From contig DATKZY010000096.1 in assembly GCA_035527715.1 (NCBI GenBank), positions 4,350 to 68,349 of the forward strand: a DNA stretch of 64,000 nucleotides, written 5' to 3'. The notes beneath the pieces were generated by a model. That model ran no database searches and had not been told where the DNA came from. It worked only from the letters and a program-made list of their open reading frames with translations. The DNA comes from Planctomycetota bacterium (GTDB taxonomy: Bacteria > Planctomycetota > PUPC01 > DSUN01). This document shows, in pieces, positions 62,429 through 64,000 of the stretch (within the stretch, counting starts at the first letter, position 1; each line of letters starts with the position of its first letter). The position numbers were made by a program, and so were the translations under genes.

Positions 62429-64000
62429 ATGACGACGATGCCATTTCGGATCTCGGGTTTCGGATTTCGGACTGACAATCGCCCATCCGCAATCCGCAAT
62501 CGGCAATGGTGGCTCCTGGCCTGCCTCGGCCTCTGCTGCCTGCTCACCCCCTGCGTCCCCGCGCGAGCCGCCACCTGCGTGGACCAGGCCATACAGCAGG
62601 TCGTGGCCCAACTCGAGGACGGCGCTCCCGAGGAAACCATCAACGGCATCGCCATCTGGCTCTGGCTCGACGACAAGCTCCCCGAGCCCGTGCGCCGCGC
62701 CTTCCGCGACGACCTCGAGATCGCGCTCATCAACTCCCCCCGCTTCCAGTACTTCAACCGCGACCGCTTCCGCCAAATCCTCCGCGAGCACCAGGTCACC
62801 CTCGCCCAGGTCGCCGACCCCGCCACCATGAAGGCATTCGCCGCCGCGGGCATTGACGGCTTCCTCTCCATCGAGGTGCTCGACACCTCCTTCGCGCACC
62901 CCGAGTTCCAGGAGCAGGACGCCTATTGCGTCATCCTTGCCAAGCTCACCGACGCGAAGACCGCCTCGATCGCCTGGGCCAACTTCATCGAAGGCGCCAA
63001 CCCCGTGGCCCTCAAGGCACTCCTGGGCGACGTGCGAGCCGCCAAGGGCTCGACCCGCTACCGCGAGCTGGCCACGGCCATCGCCGAGAGCCTCCGCAAG
63101 GCCGACCCCCTCCAGCCGCCCCCCGCTCCCGCCGAGGGCGCCGAGCCCGACCCCACCGCCCCCGCCCCTGCCCCTGCCCCCGCTCCCGAGGCCGCCGAGG
63201 AGACCGAGCCCGCCCCCAAGGTCATCACCCTCTCCACCCCCGCCAAGGACGGCTCCGCCGGCATCGGCGTCCAGAACCCCATCAACGCCTCCTTCGACCT
63301 CAAGGCCTTCCAGGACGAGCTCCTCGTCGCCGTCTCGAAGACGCGAAACCACGCCTACGTGGACCCCACGCACATCGCGCGCCTGGTCGCGGCGTGGACC
63401 CGCGACAGCGAGGCGACCGCCACGGCGAACAAGCAGTCGCTCGCCCAGGCATTCGCCCTCGACGGCTATCTGTTTGGGGAAATCCGCAGCGCCGACGACC
63501 GCTCCATCGAGCTCTCCATGCGCCTGACCAGCCTCGCCGATGGCTCCGAGGCCTGGGCCGGCAAGTTCCACGGCGCCGACTCCTTCCTCCAGATCGAGCC
63601 CAAGCCCCTGCCCGATCCCCCCGTGCCACGCGAGGACCCCAAGGAGCCGGCCCCGCTGACCCTCGAGGACATCGAGCGCCCCCTCAAGCCCCCCGTCCCG
63701 CAGCCCGAGCTCCTTCCCCTGCCCGAAATCCCCGCCCCGCCCCGATGCTTCAACCCCCTCGCCGCGCTCCTCTACCTCCCCATCGGCCTCCCGCGCGACG
63801 CACTCGACGCCGTGTTCATGACCACCGACCGCGTCCCGCTCCTCGGCGCCGCCACCTCGGCCCTCTACCGCTACAGCGGCCTCTCCCTCCTGTGCCGGGC
63901 CGGCACCCACGAACGCTTCCGCGAGGACATCACGACCGGCCGCGCCCTGACCTTTGGGCAACTCGCCTCGACCGACCCCTTCCCCACCTTCTTCCCCCTC
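62429..64000 (+). CDS. Lipoprotein/secreted hypothetical protein with a Pro-rich linker, partial (continues past the window end)
   Basis: ATG at 62429 preceded by GGAGGA. This frame is open for 1572 nt to the window edge and is absent from the ORF track because it has no stop. The N-terminus MTTMPFRISGFGFRTDNRPSAIRNRQWWLLACLGLCCLLTPCVPARAATC is signal-like, and the composition is mixed and protein-like. Confidence 0.55.
   Translation, partial: MTTMPFRISGFGFRTDNRPSAIRNRQWWLLACLGLCCLLTPCVPARAATCVDQAIQQVVAQLEDGAPEETINGIAIWLWLDDKLPEPVRRAFRDDLEIALINSPRFQYFNRDRFRQILREHQVTLAQVADPATMKAFAAAGIDGFLSIEVLDTSFAHPEFQEQDAYCVILAKLTDAKTASIAWANFIEGANPVALKALLGDVRAAKGSTRYRELATAIAESLRKADPLQPPPAPAEGAEPDPTAPAPAPAPAPEAAEETEPAPKVITLSTPAKDGSAGIGVQNPINASFDLKAFQDELLVAVSKTRNHAYVDPTHIARLVAAWTRDSEATATANKQSLAQAFALDGYLFGEIRSADDRSIELSMRLTSLADGSEAWAGKFHGADSFLQIEPKPLPDPPVPREDPKEPAPLTLEDIERPLKPPVPQPELLPLPEIPAPPRCFNPLAALLYLPIGLPRDALDAVFMTTDRVPLLGAATSALYRYSGLSLLCRAGTHERFREDITTGRALTFGQLASTDPFPTFFPL

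Overview
This is a 64 kb window with about 70% GC and dense coding on both strands. The ORF track contains many GC-driven shadow ORFs with Arg/Ala/Gly/Pro-rich translations on the strand opposite real genes; I called genes only where the translation looks like real protein and shows recognisable family motifs. The gene content (sulfatase plus two formylglycine-generating-enzyme homologues, three URO-D-family paralogues, heparinase II/III-like proteins, an LRR lipoprotein, a PilZ protein, a T2SS/T4P-like module) and the repeated TTGACC-17-TATnnT promoters suggest a Planctomycetota-like genome; this is an inference. I found no rRNA, tRNA or CRISPR array.

Layout:
1. 3-290: C-terminal fragment of an upstream gene.
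2. 328-13120, plus strand: an apparent operon of a polytopic membrane protein A, a 1722-aa MacB/FtsX-type permease with a degenerate M28-like periplasmic domain (B), a membrane protein C paralogous to A, a second FtsX permease and two different ABC ATPases. Long GTGACGCGTGAC-based hairpins sit at two gene junctions, and a double hairpin terminator ends the operon.
3. 13272-18182, plus strand: promoter, then GH32 beta-fructofuranosidase, a sulfatase with a non-canonical CGPSL motif, and GlpD.
4. 18183-19166: about 1 kb of lower-GC noncoding sequence with twin palindromes.
5. 19167-22044, minus strand: TPR lipoprotein and a PilZ-S24-like fusion. These are divergent from a strong promoter driving a minimal T2SS/T4P-like module at 22198-26593 (GspE-core ATPase, two GspF/PilC, two pseudopilins, one small TM protein).
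6. 26603-36879, minus strand: L,D-transpeptidase, FGE-like protein, a duplicated URO-D C-terminal remnant, a roughly 25-repeat LRR lipoprotein, a URO-D-like protein, an inositol monophosphatase, an FGE lipoprotein, a TolB-like propeller and a secreted protein. An Smr protein, a second URO-D-like protein, a mazEF-like toxin-antitoxin pair, an AGCS symporter, a GH4 and a WD40 protein follow on the same strand up to 42878.
7. 43340-47437: promoter, solo REP, and a 1331-aa heparinase II/III-like protein.
8. 47434-48175: a REP-RAYT unit (tyrosine transposase flanked by paired REP hairpins).
9. 48193-57819: URO-D-like 3, an MFS transporter, a HEAT protein and a second heparinase II/III-like protein on the minus strand, a Cys-rich repeat lipoprotein, a Gfo/Idh/MocA oxidoreductase, a C45-family peptidase and a small convergent membrane protein.
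10. 57988-62337: promoter, STAND ATPase with TPRs, a standalone T2SSE_N-domain protein and a receiver-RsbW-like kinase fusion.
11. 62429 to the window end: a partial lipoprotein gene.

The most unusual signal is a family of three 57-bp palindromic, MITE-like elements (consensus GGGGTCACATCTTCATTTCGCACATGGCGGCTATGTGCGAAATGAAGATGTGACCCC). Two copies are inserted in frame, as exactly 19 codons, inside the GH32 and FGE-like genes; the third is intergenic. This resembles Rickettsia palindromic elements.
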